Source of the DNA: Candidatus Micrarchaeota archaeon
GTDB lineage: Archaea > Micrarchaeota > Micrarchaeia > Anstonellales > Bilamarchaeaceae
Assembly: GCA_038046805.1 (NCBI GenBank)
Contig: JBBSVO010000002.1
Span: 16,684 to 80,683, forward strand
Direction: 5' to 3'
DNA length: 64,000 bases
Positions 19,523 to 27,999 of the stretch are shown here, in pieces. The notes beneath the pieces are model-generated. The model did not search any database. It saw only the letters and a list, made by a program, of their open reading frames with translations, and was not told the DNA's origin. A program made the translations under genes and the position numbers. How positions within the stretch are numbered: position 1 is the stretch's first letter; each line of letters opens with the position of its first letter.

Positions 19523-20050
19523 TCAATTTTTCTTTTTTCTTCTTTCAGTCAGAAGTACTGTTGCAACAAAAAGAATCGGGATTACAAAAACAACTGTACA
19601 TATCTTCTGTTGGTTGTTTAACGCATTATAAATATGACCTACCTGTGTCTTGCATGCCTCGCGCGTAGCCTTATTACCTGAGAAAATTATTCCAGTATCT
19701 TCTATTTTATCGCAAATTGTATCATCTACAAGTATTTTTGCGATTTCCGTGTAACACATATTTGCCTTTAGTTTGTAGTCCTTGTTGCTCACTGCGTTAT
19801 TGTATATCTCATCGCAGAGCTCATTGGCCTTAACCTCGTGGTTTTTCATTGCTTCTGAAATTGCTGCGATTCTCAGGCATTCCATCTGTTCGTCTGCGGT
19901 TCTCAATCTATTCTCTCCGTCCAAATCCTTGATTGGTTCATTGCATAAACTTTTTGTCATAAAGCCAAGGCTGCCATTTAGTAAAAACGAGCTTACCGAT
20001 ACTATCATCACGATTGCGATAAGAAAAAGAATACGCGTGGAAGAGTCCAT
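19523..20050 (-). CDS. Membrane-anchored Cys-containing hypothetical protein
   Basis: N- and C-terminal TM, repeated Cys-helix pattern (LCDEI, ICDKI). Confidence 0.65.
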   Translation of the reverse strand: MDSSTRILFLIAIVMIVSVSSFLLNGSLGFMTKSLCNEPIKDLDGENRLRTADEQMECLRIAAISEAMKNHEVKANELCDEIYNNAVSNKDYKLKANMCYTEIAKILVDDTICDKIEDTGIIFSGNKATREACKTQVGHIYNALNNQQKICTVVFVIPILFVATVLLTERRKKKN

Positions 20051-20062
20051 CGTTCCACCATT

Positions 20063-20629
20063 TTATTTGCTTTGAGTTTTATCCGCGTATTTTCTGAGCA
20101 TATTTTGCGCTTTTTGAAGGACGATCTTAATCTCTTTTTCTTTTTTTGCTCCTGCACAGATAACCTTTCCATTTTTGAACAGAAGCAAGGATGCCTTTGG
20201 CTCTTTGAATTTTAGTATTGCTCCAGGAAACTGCTCCGGCTCATATTCAACGTCTCTTACTTTGTATGCAATCTTGTAAAGATCAAGACCCATATTAAGA
20301 TTTGCTGATGCAACTATATTTGTAATATCAATCTCAGGCTTCTTTTTCGTGATTATTTTGGTTGCGTATGGTGTAAGCATTTTTATGGTTTTTTCCACTG
20401 TCTTTTCTATTATATCTCGTCTTTTGCATCCCACGCATACGATCTTTCCGTTTTTGAACAAAAGAAGTGTTGCCTTTGGCTCTTTGAATTTTAGTATTGC
20501 TCCAGGAAACTGCTCCGGCTCATACTCGACTTCTTTCATTTTCTGTGCAAGAGAAAATAAGTCAAGTTCTAGTCCAAGGTTAGCAGAGGCTACCATATTT
20601 GTAATTACGAATTCGGGTTTTTTACCCAA
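20063..20629 (-). CDS. tbp: TATA-box binding protein
   Basis: Two repeats each with N.VASA and YEPEQFPG. Confidence 0.97.
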   Translation of the reverse strand: MGKKPEFVITNMVASANLGLELDLFSLAQKMKEVEYEPEQFPGAILKFKEPKATLLLFKNGKIVCVGCKRRDIIEKTVEKTIKMLTPYATKIITKKKPEIDITNIVASANLNMGLDLYKIAYKVRDVEYEPEQFPGAILKFKEPKASLLLFKNGKVICAGAKKEKEIKIVLQKAQNMLRKYADKTQSK

Positions 20630-20696
20630 TATATCACCGTTTTTATATGAAATGTAATCATTTAAAAAGCCTAGGGTTCAAAAATACCCTACTGGC

Positions 20697-20828
20697 ATTC
20701 CGACTTCTACAGTGATCCACGGAAGTTTTGCGAAACTTCCGCGTCTCACAGTATAGCAAACCATGAAGTTATTATACGCTATAATCTACGCGGCAGGGGG
20801 TGCATACTTTCATGGTTTGATATAGTCG
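20697..20828. repeat. Structured non-coding element, family A copy 1
   Basis: gtgatccacggaagttttgcgaaacttccgcgtctcac + tagcaaaccatg...catggtttgata; homologous to 42858-42985. Confidence 0.7.
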
Positions 20829-20894
20829 TAAATATGCTATTCTATATATAATAAAAACTATAATAACTAATAAATAACTAAAGAAGGTGAAATT

Positions 20895-21170
20895 ATGGTA
20901 CGTCGCTCAAAAGGTTTAATGTCAAAAAAGACCAAAAAGATAAAATCTTGTGGAAGATTCACGGTTTCACGCCTGACAAAATCATTTTCCATAGGAGACA
21001 AGGTTGGACTTGATACCCAGCCATACTTTTCAGGCATGTCAAGCCTGAGGTATAAAGGTGCAATTGGAAAAATTGTCTCTAAGAGAGGATCGTCTTATGT
21101 GGTTGAGATAAAAGATGGGAACATGAAGAAGAATCTCGTGCTCCATCCAATACATTTAAAACAATTATAG
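20895..21170 (+). CDS. rpl21e: 50S ribosomal protein L21e
   Basis: SKG, F.IGDKV, RYKG..G, KDGN..K.L..HPIHLK; conserved L21e-rpoF-DUF655 order. Confidence 0.93.
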   Translation: MVRRSKGLMSKKTKKIKSCGRFTVSRLTKSFSIGDKVGLDTQPYFSGMSSLRYKGAIGKIVSKRGSSYVVEIKDGNMKKNLVLHPIHLKQL

Positions 21171-21187
21171 TATCTAGGTGAGGATAT

Positions 21188-21505
21188 ATGACTGTGATTT
21201 CTTCAAAACCGGTTAGCATGGCTGAGGCAGCGGAACTTCTCACGGCGAGAGGTAAAGAAAGTGAGCTTGGTTACGAGCAAAAGGAAGCGCTTGCTCACGT
21301 AGAGCGGTTCTCAAAATCAAGCGCAAAGGAAGCTGCAACATTAATCAAGGATCTTATGAAAAATAAGAAATTGACACTTGAAGCTGCAATAAAACTTGTA
21401 GACATTCATCCAAAGAAACCCGATACGGTCAGGGCAATCATCTTGCGCGAAAAAATCGATCTTAGCGACGATGAAGTCGCCGAAGTTCTTAAATTACTGG
21501 ATTAA
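21188..21505 (+). CDS. rpoF: RNA polymerase subunit Rpo4 (RpoF)
   Basis: YEQ..ALAH..RFSK, KLVDIHP; gene context. Confidence 0.92.
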   Translation: MTVISSKPVSMAEAAELLTARGKESELGYEQKEALAHVERFSKSSAKEAATLIKDLMKNKKLTLEAAIKLVDIHPKKPDTVRAIILREKIDLSDDEVAEVLKLLD

Positions 21506-21535
21506 TAAAATCGTAAGATATCCGAGGTAAACAAA

Positions 21536-22099
21536 ATGGAAGATTATGCGTACGTTATTGAATATATGCCGTCCGGACGTTCAGCGGACATGCGAAAGGA
21601 GCCAATAGTCCAGTTGCTGGGTGCTCAGGGTTTTACTCTTCTTGAAGCCAGTGTTAGATCCGATGCGAATATCGTGATTGGCCAGAAGATATTTGTTGGA
21701 AAAGGCGAGCGTTCCGAAATAGAGCGTATCCGCAAGCGGATAAATTATGAGGAGCTTTCCACCAGTGCAAAGGATGTTCTACCGGTTATACTGAAAAAGA
21801 TGATCGAGGAACGCTCCGTGGATTTTATCTCTTTCATAAATCGCGCAAGACCTATTTCAATGCGTGTTCATACTCTAGATCTTCTCCCAGGTCTTGGGAA
21901 AAAGAGCATGGAAACCCTGCTTGCAGAAAGAGAAAAGAAGCCGTTCGAGAATTTTGACGATGTCAAGGCTCGCGTTCCAACTATCGTAGATCCTGTAGGT
22001 ATTTTCGCACATAGAATACTAAGTGAGATTGAAGGTCTGGAGAAACACTACTTATTCGTAAGGCCGCCTGCTGGATTGCAGGACGTTGGGAGACGCTAG
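21536..22099 (+). CDS. DUF655 family nucleic-acid-binding protein
   Basis: EDYAYV, FTLLE, RVHTLDLLPGLGKK HhH; follows rpoF. Confidence 0.9.
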   Translation: MEDYAYVIEYMPSGRSADMRKEPIVQLLGAQGFTLLEASVRSDANIVIGQKIFVGKGERSEIERIRKRINYEELSTSAKDVLPVILKKMIEERSVDFISFINRARPISMRVHTLDLLPGLGKKSMETLLAEREKKPFENFDDVKARVPTIVDPVGIFAHRILSEIEGLEKHYLFVRPPAGLQDVGRR

Positions 22100-22106
22100 A
22101 CGGCTA

Positions 22107-22250
22107 AAACTCGGAACCAGAAACCAACCTTTTTATTTCCTTCCCATATCCCTTTTCTTTTGTGAAAAGAAAAGGGCTGAGGGTTTCACCCCAAAAGAAA
22201 ACTCAGTATTAACAAAACTCAGAATGTAAAACCAACCTTTTTATTTCCTT
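22107..22250 (+). repeat. Direct repeat of tRNA promoter segment flanking a hairpin
   Basis: aaaactc(g/a)gaa....aaaccaacctttttatttcctt at about 22107-22142 and 22214-22250. Confidence 0.75.
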
Positions 22251-22274
22251 GGTGACTTTGAATTATCTACCTTT

Positions 22275-22381
22275 GGGCCCGTAGTCGATTCCATTGCATG
22301 GTTTTCTGTGCTGTTGGCGGCAGCGGTTAAGACGTCGCTCTTACACAGCGAAGACGCGCGGTTCGATTCCGCGCGGGCCCA
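22275..22381 (+). tRNA. tRNA-Val(TAC) with 34-nt intron in D-loop (22290-22323, position about 15/16)
   Basis: Acceptor GGGCCCG/CGGGCCC-A, anticodon arm TCGCT-CTTACAC-AGCGA, T-arm CGCGG-TTCGATT-CCGCG; BHB-like central helix GUCG/CGGC with AUU and AGC bulges. Confidence 0.92.
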
Positions 22382-22544
22382 TTCCCATATCCCCTTTCTT
22401 TTAGAATCCAGGGAACAAAGTTCCCTGCCCCTCCAAAAGCTTTTCGCTTTTGAAGGAGAAAGGGGCTGAGGGGTTTACAATTCGCAAGAATTGTAAAGCT
22501 GGGAAAATCCTTTCGGATTTTCACGGATTCACCCCCAAAGAAAA
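22382..22544. repeat. Multi-hairpin element downstream of tRNA-Val, expanded version of 22141-22200
   Basis: Shares ttcccatatccc.ttt, gggctgagg and ttcacccc.aaagaaaa with the shorter copy, plus four extra hairpins. Confidence 0.65.
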
Positions 22545-22700
22545 TACGTTGGACATTCAACAAGTCCATTATCCAAATCTATTCTTCAACTTTTCTTCAA
22601 TATCTATCTTGCCAGGTGTTTTGCGTTTCGAGTTCGGGATTTTCAGCTCTAGGTTCCGTGCCATAGTTTTAAAAAACCTTAAAATCAACAATATTATCAT

Positions 22701-24803
22701 ATGTCCAAGTCTAAAAACGAATACTCCGAGCTTGCCATGTACTCAGAGAAGATTACGAAAGAGGACTACAAACGCTTATTTGACACAATCATAAAGAAAA
22801 ATATCCCGATCTTCGAATTCATTGATTTATCAAAAATCTTCTCTTTCAGTGGGTTCCAGATCGTGGTAAAGCGCTTCAACAACACTATAAAGATGTATTT
22901 TGGCGGCAGGTCCATAGAAGCGCACCAGCAGGCTGCCCTGTTCTTTCCGTTTAAAATCGATGCGCCAAAGGAATTGGAATTAACCAAGAGCCACTTTTCA
23001 CTTAAAACCAAGTTCGTGAGCCACATCAATATGTTCGACTTTTTGATAAAAGAGGATGTGGCCGAAATACGCGTAAAAATAATGAAACTGTTCGGAAGAT
23101 ACTATGGATTCGGGAACTTCATATCCCAGGAAGGGGAGCGCGGCATCCTTTATCTCTCAAATCCAACAACGTTCTTTGAAATTGATCTTGAGAAAAATCC
23201 GCAATTTTATATAGAGCTTCTTGATCCGATACCAAAGGCAGTTTACCTTAAATCTGACGATCCAATTTTTGAGCAGGATGGAATAACGATAGGCACGGAC
23301 AACTTCAGTGCAATGCAGCACAGCCTTATTGTTGGTTCTTCGGGAACTGGAAAGAGCAAATTCATAGAAATATTAATTCGCGCGATGAAAAAGCGCCACG
23401 GCCACAATTTGCGCGTTCTTGTGATAGATCCGCATGGTGAATTCTCCAAAACATTCGAAGGCGAAAAAGTAGTGGACTTCGTAGAAAACTACATCGAGCC
23501 GTTTGATATCGGAAAGGAAAAGAGCCCGCTTATTACCCAGCTTGTCGCCCAGTTAATAACCTCTACAATCAGCCAGGAGAACAAGTATGCAGAGCGCGTT
23601 GTTTTCTATGCCGTGCACATGCTTGCGGAAACAGACCAGCTTACACTTCAGAATATCAACCTGTTGCTCACAGACTCGGCAAAAAGAATGGAATTCAGTT
23701 CATTGTGCCACAATGACGAGGTGCGCAGGTTCTTTGATGAGGAGTTCCAAAATATTTATCTTCATCACTTTAATGATGCAATACTGCCAGTCATTAATTT
23801 CATAGGAGAATACCAGCTTTATCTCGGAAAGGCAAAAAAGCTCGAAACGCTTGAAGAACTGCTGAAAAACAACGTGGTCACGGTCGTTTCATTCAACCCG
23901 CACTATTTTGGAAGAAAAATAATCCGATTCTTTGCCGGCGCGATCATAAACCAGATTTATATGATGGCCATAAGCGAGAAACTCACAATGCCAACAGTGC
24001 TTGTAGTGGATGAATTCCCAACTGTGGAAAGCAGGGTTACAAAGGATATTCTTGCCGAAACAAGAAAGTTCCAGCTTTACATGCATGTTTCTGCGCAGTA
24101 TCTAGGCCAGCTCTCAAAGCCTGTTCTGGATGCAATAGTCAGCAACGTACGAAACATAATTTCGTTCAAATGCACCCGTGATGATGCGCATTTCCTCGTA
24201 TCTATGATGGAAATCAAGGTAGAAGAGTTCTTCAAGAAAAAAACCAGCCCAAGCGAGCTCGAGGAATCCAAGAAGGAAATGTTTCTTAAACTCCATCCAA
24301 GGGAATGCATTGTCCGTCTTTTTGACGGTGCAAAATACATTCTTCCAATGAAGGTAAAAACTGTCAATATGGAAACCTGGAGGAATATGCCGTCGACTGG
24401 TTCGCGTCCATTCCAACCTGTTCCCCCATCATCTTCTTCCCCTACACCTCCACCTTCATCTTCTCCATTTTCTCCACCTTCTTCTGGCGGCTTAGCTCAG
24501 CCAGCTGAGAAAACGCAGGAACCATTACAGGAAAAAGATGAACCCGGCGAGCGAGAATATAAAAAATATCTTGAAGATCAAGAGCTTGAAAAAGAATCTG
24601 GCGCTCCATCCTCCGAAGAGAAAAAACTTGAAAAATTTGAAAAAGTTGAAAACCCCCCAGAGAAATCAACAGAAAAAACCAAGCAGTCTGGAAAACCAAC
24701 GGGCAAATCTAAGGAAAAAGAGAAGGAAAAAGGAAAGCGGGGCGTAAAGGTTACTTACGAAGACGAAGAGGACGAGAATCCATTCAGGAATAGGGAGATA
24801 TAG
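22701..24803 (+). CDS. HerA/FtsK/VirB4-superfamily ATPase (DUF87-like) with low-complexity tail
   Basis: HSLIVGSSGTGKS Walker A, IDPHGE, VVDEF Walker B, ETRKF...SAQY; Pro/Ser and Lys/Glu rich C-terminus. Confidence 0.88.
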   Translation: MSKSKNEYSELAMYSEKITKEDYKRLFDTIIKKNIPIFEFIDLSKIFSFSGFQIVVKRFNNTIKMYFGGRSIEAHQQAALFFPFKIDAPKELELTKSHFSLKTKFVSHINMFDFLIKEDVAEIRVKIMKLFGRYYGFGNFISQEGERGILYLSNPTTFFEIDLEKNPQFYIELLDPIPKAVYLKSDDPIFEQDGITIGTDNFSAMQHSLIVGSSGTGKSKFIEILIRAMKKRHGHNLRVLVIDPHGEFSKTFEGEKVVDFVENYIEPFDIGKEKSPLITQLVAQLITSTISQENKYAERVVFYAVHMLAETDQLTLQNINLLLTDSAKRMEFSSLCHNDEVRRFFDEEFQNIYLHHFNDAILPVINFIGEYQLYLGKAKKLETLEELLKNNVVTVVSFNPHYFGRKIIRFFAGAIINQIYMMAISEKLTMPTVLVVDEFPTVESRVTKDILAETRKFQLYMHVSAQYLGQLSKPVLDAIVSNVRNIISFKCTRDDAHFLVSMMEIKVEEFFKKKTSPSELEESKKEMFLKLHPRECIVRLFDGAKYILPMKVKTVNMETWRNMPSTGSRPFQPVPPSSSSPTPPPSSSPFSPPSSGGLAQPAEKTQEPLQEKDEPGEREYKKYLEDQELEKESGAPSSEEKKLEKFEKVENPPEKSTEKTKQSGKPTGKSKEKEKEKGKRGVKVTYEDEEDENPFRNREI

Positions 24804-26387
24804 ATGTTTATCCCGCCAGAACTGGAACAGGCATGGAAAAGCGCCTGCAAGATTCTTTTCAAGGAAGAAATCGGAGGTCTGGAAGAATTCGATGGCTGGT
24901 TGTCAGCCTATGCACAGACCCCTCGTTTTGAAAAATCGTCTATTTCCGGCAAAACCGTTGCTTTGGGAGTGGATTGCTTTGCGGAAAATGCCAGATTTAT
25001 CAGCCATGATGAAGTGGACTTTGCAAAGAATTTCAAGCCACTTAACATTAACGAGATAAAAGATATTGATGGTATAATTACCGCCCTTCATGAACGCTTT
25101 TATTACACTGGAAACGTGATTCTCGGGAATTCAAGCAACGTGCAGGATAGCACCGATCTGGTAAATTGCAATTACATCCACAAATCCAGCGCATCAGCAG
25201 ATTCCAGATACCTCTCCAACTGTCGCTACCTTGAGGGGTGCGAATACTGCTTTGGCGTTCTTGGCGCAATGGAAAGCAAATATGCAATCATGTGCACTGG
25301 AAGCGGGTTCACGCGCTGTTTTGAATGCCACTCCGCCCAGATAGCATCGGATTGCTATTTCTGCGGCAGCATAAAGAATTGCTCAAATTGTATGTTCTGC
25401 TTTGGAACCCAGCAACGTTCCCATATGATCGGAAATCTTCAGCTTTCAAGGGAAAAATATGAAAAACTAAAGGATAAGCTCGTGGGGGAGATCGCGCAGG
25501 AGTTAAAAGATAAAAAGAAAATTTATTCGTTCTTTGACATACTGAGGGAATGTAAGAAATACCCGCACAGAGAACTGGGTATAAAAGATACTTCTCCGGA
25601 GGAGAGGTTTGACTATGGCCCCATAGAAAAGGCATTCTCGGAAACATCCTCGCTGCTGCTTGGAAAGCCTCTATCAAGCATAGAGGAATATTCGGCATTT
25701 CTGCAGCGGAACATCCCGGAAAACGGGAGATTGCTGTCCCCATTCAGCGGAAAATCAGTGCTTGTTGCTTCATATCGTACGCATATCTCAGACCGGTTCG
25801 AACTTGGAGGCAGGCTTCTTACGGATTTGGAAGTACGGGAGCTTGGCAATGTATGCACCGACAAAGACATAGAGAAAATGGACGCCAGCAGCCTGGCTTC
25901 GGTGTGCGAAACCATTAATTCCATTGCTTATGGCGACCTTGACAAGCAAGTGGGTAACAACAGCAACATGCTGGACGCCACTGTGGTCATCAATGCGCAT
26001 GATTGCTGCCATGGTGCGGCATTCGTGTTGTGCAGGAAATGCGCGTATTGTTTTTGGCCAGCCCACTGTGAAAACGTATTCGGTTCATTCACGACGTGGC
26101 ACTCCAGATTCTGCATGAAATGCTTCAACTCCAAAAACCTTACCCGCTGCTTTGAAGTGGAAAGCTCAAACAACTGCTCGGATTTATATTACTCTCATAA
26201 CTGCGAAAACGTCCATAATTCCATGTTCTGCTTCAATGTAAAAAACATGCGCAATGCCATTGGCAATGTGCAACTCGAGCCGTCGGATTATCCATCAGTT
26301 AAATCTTCGCTTATTTCACAAGTCTTTGAAGAACTGGAACGCAAAAAGAATCTCAAATGGAGTGTTTACAACCTTGGGTGCGATTAA
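24804..26387 (+). CDS. Cys-rich repeat protein, two tandem modules
   Basis: Each half: AW/AF...LF/LG.....E helical start, then C/S-rich repeats ending C.N...CMFCF/SMFCFN....IGN. Confidence 0.85.
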   Translation: MFIPPELEQAWKSACKILFKEEIGGLEEFDGWLSAYAQTPRFEKSSISGKTVALGVDCFAENARFISHDEVDFAKNFKPLNINEIKDIDGIITALHERFYYTGNVILGNSSNVQDSTDLVNCNYIHKSSASADSRYLSNCRYLEGCEYCFGVLGAMESKYAIMCTGSGFTRCFECHSAQIASDCYFCGSIKNCSNCMFCFGTQQRSHMIGNLQLSREKYEKLKDKLVGEIAQELKDKKKIYSFFDILRECKKYPHRELGIKDTSPEERFDYGPIEKAFSETSSLLLGKPLSSIEEYSAFLQRNIPENGRLLSPFSGKSVLVASYRTHISDRFELGGRLLTDLEVRELGNVCTDKDIEKMDASSLASVCETINSIAYGDLDKQVGNNSNMLDATVVINAHDCCHGAAFVLCRKCAYCFWPAHCENVFGSFTTWHSRFCMKCFNSKNLTRCFEVESSNNCSDLYYSHNCENVHNSMFCFNVKNMRNAIGNVQLEPSDYPSVKSSLISQVFEELERKKNLKWSVYNLGCD

Positions 26388-27965
26388 ATGTCAGCCCCGC
26401 CAGAAATCGAAAAAGCGTTCCAGACTACTTTTAAACTTATTTTCGGGGAATGCAACGTAAAGCTGGACGAGCTTGCGGACTATCTATATCGCTGGCATTA
26501 TCCGGTAATCAGGAAAAAGTCCGCGGTATCCGGAAAAGAAACCATTATTTCATCAACTTTTTACCAGGATGGCGCCAAATTCATTTCAAACGACGAAATA
26601 GATTTCGTAAAGAAGTATGAGCCTTTCGGAATAAACGATATCAAGGATTTGGATTCCATAGTTGAAGCAATCCGGGAGCGCGACCTGGTTTATTATTCCG
26701 GAAACAAGGTTTTCGGGAATTCCAGCAATCTTCATGGAGTTGATAATTGCACGGATGTTCATTACGGGTATCAATCGCATAATGTCGCCTCTTCAAAATT
26801 TGTCGCGTATTCCTCTTATGTCCGGTACGGAAGCGAGTATATCTTCGGCTCTGGCTGGTTCCTGAGAAGCAAGTATCTCATACGCGTTATCGGGGCAGAT
26901 AATCTCACGCGTGCGTTTGAATCCTATGTGTGCGGCACCAGTTCCGATACGTTCTTTTGCTATAACTGCTTTGGCTCAAGCCATTTGATGTTTTCATTCA
27001 ACCAGCGGTCAAAAAGATACTGCATAGGGAACATGGAGCTTCCGAAAGACAAGTACTTCGCTCTCCGCGAAAAGCTCATTACCGAGAGCCGCGAATACAT
27101 AGAGCGGAACAAATCCTTTTATTCTATTTTTGATGTTCCGCCCGTTTCCAAGGAGCGCAAAAAGGAGATGGAATTAAACGCGCCAAAGCCAGTGCAAAGA
27201 GAGGAAAACTTAAAGCCGATTGATGACGCGTTTAGGGCAACCTCAAAAGTGATATTCGGGCAGGATATCGGCTCGCTTCAGGAAAACCGCGAGTTTCTCG
27301 TTGAGCGGGTGGTTCTCGTAGAGGACATAAAGACTGTTTTTGGCAATGACGCGTGTTATAGTCCGGTTTTCCTTTTCAGGGATATTCCAAAGCAAAGGAT
27401 GATTATGCGGGATGAGGAGCAGGAAGCTTCTAAAATGCAGTTTGAAGTTGGCGAACAGGACGATCTGAAATCACTAATTCAAAAAATCCGGGATATTGCG
27501 TTTTACCGGATAGACATGTCCGAGGGCAACATCACGAACGTAATCAAAAGCCCGCTGATTTATCATGGAATAAATGCGTATTATGTCGGAGATCTTACAT
27601 TTGGAAAGAATTGTGCATATTGCACGTATGCCCTGAATGACGAGTATGTTTTCGGTTGCCACAGGTGCATCCATTCAAAATTCTGTATTCGTTGCGAGGA
27701 TTCGGTCAATCTTACTGCGTGCTTTGAGATGGACAGTTGCACTAATTGCGCTAATTCGATGTTCTGCCATAACTGCGAGAATCTGGACAATTGCATGTTC
27801 TGCTTTAATACGAAAAGTAAAAGATATGCGATTGGGAATGTTGAGGTCGGGCGCGAGGAATACATGAAAATAAAAGAACGGGTTCTTGCAGAAATCCTCA
27901 TGCAGATAAAAAGCGGGCAAAGGCTGAAATGGGATATCTATAATGTGTGGCGTAAGGAAAAATAA
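26388..27965 (+). CDS. Cys-rich repeat protein, two tandem modules
   Basis: Paralog of preceding gene; INDIKDLDSI, CHNCENLDNCMFCFN.K..RYAIGN. Confidence 0.85.
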   Translation: MSAPPEIEKAFQTTFKLIFGECNVKLDELADYLYRWHYPVIRKKSAVSGKETIISSTFYQDGAKFISNDEIDFVKKYEPFGINDIKDLDSIVEAIRERDLVYYSGNKVFGNSSNLHGVDNCTDVHYGYQSHNVASSKFVAYSSYVRYGSEYIFGSGWFLRSKYLIRVIGADNLTRAFESYVCGTSSDTFFCYNCFGSSHLMFSFNQRSKRYCIGNMELPKDKYFALREKLITESREYIERNKSFYSIFDVPPVSKERKKEMELNAPKPVQREENLKPIDDAFRATSKVIFGQDIGSLQENREFLVERVVLVEDIKTVFGNDACYSPVFLFRDIPKQRMIMRDEEQEASKMQFEVGEQDDLKSLIQKIRDIAFYRIDMSEGNITNVIKSPLIYHGINAYYVGDLTFGKNCAYCTYALNDEYVFGCHRCIHSKFCIRCEDSVNLTACFEMDSCTNCANSMFCHNCENLDNCMFCFNTKSKRYAIGNVEVGREEYMKIKERVLAEILMQIKSGQRLKWDIYNVWRKEK

Positions 27966-27999
27966 AACCCTATAAACCCTTTCCCTCTAATTCCAAGTC

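Noticed and set aside
22327..22794. ORFs 22327-22569 (-) and 22450-22794 (+)
   Set aside because: Overlap the tRNA and palindromic repeats; no coding features
24804..27965. Diversity-generating retroelement targeting the Cys-rich paralogs
   Set aside because: No reverse transcriptase and no near-identical template/variable repeat pair differing only at adenines
22275..27965. Integrated provirus or plasmid at tRNA-Val
   Set aside because: No integrase, no duplicated tRNA 3' end (att site) and no viral hallmark genes found
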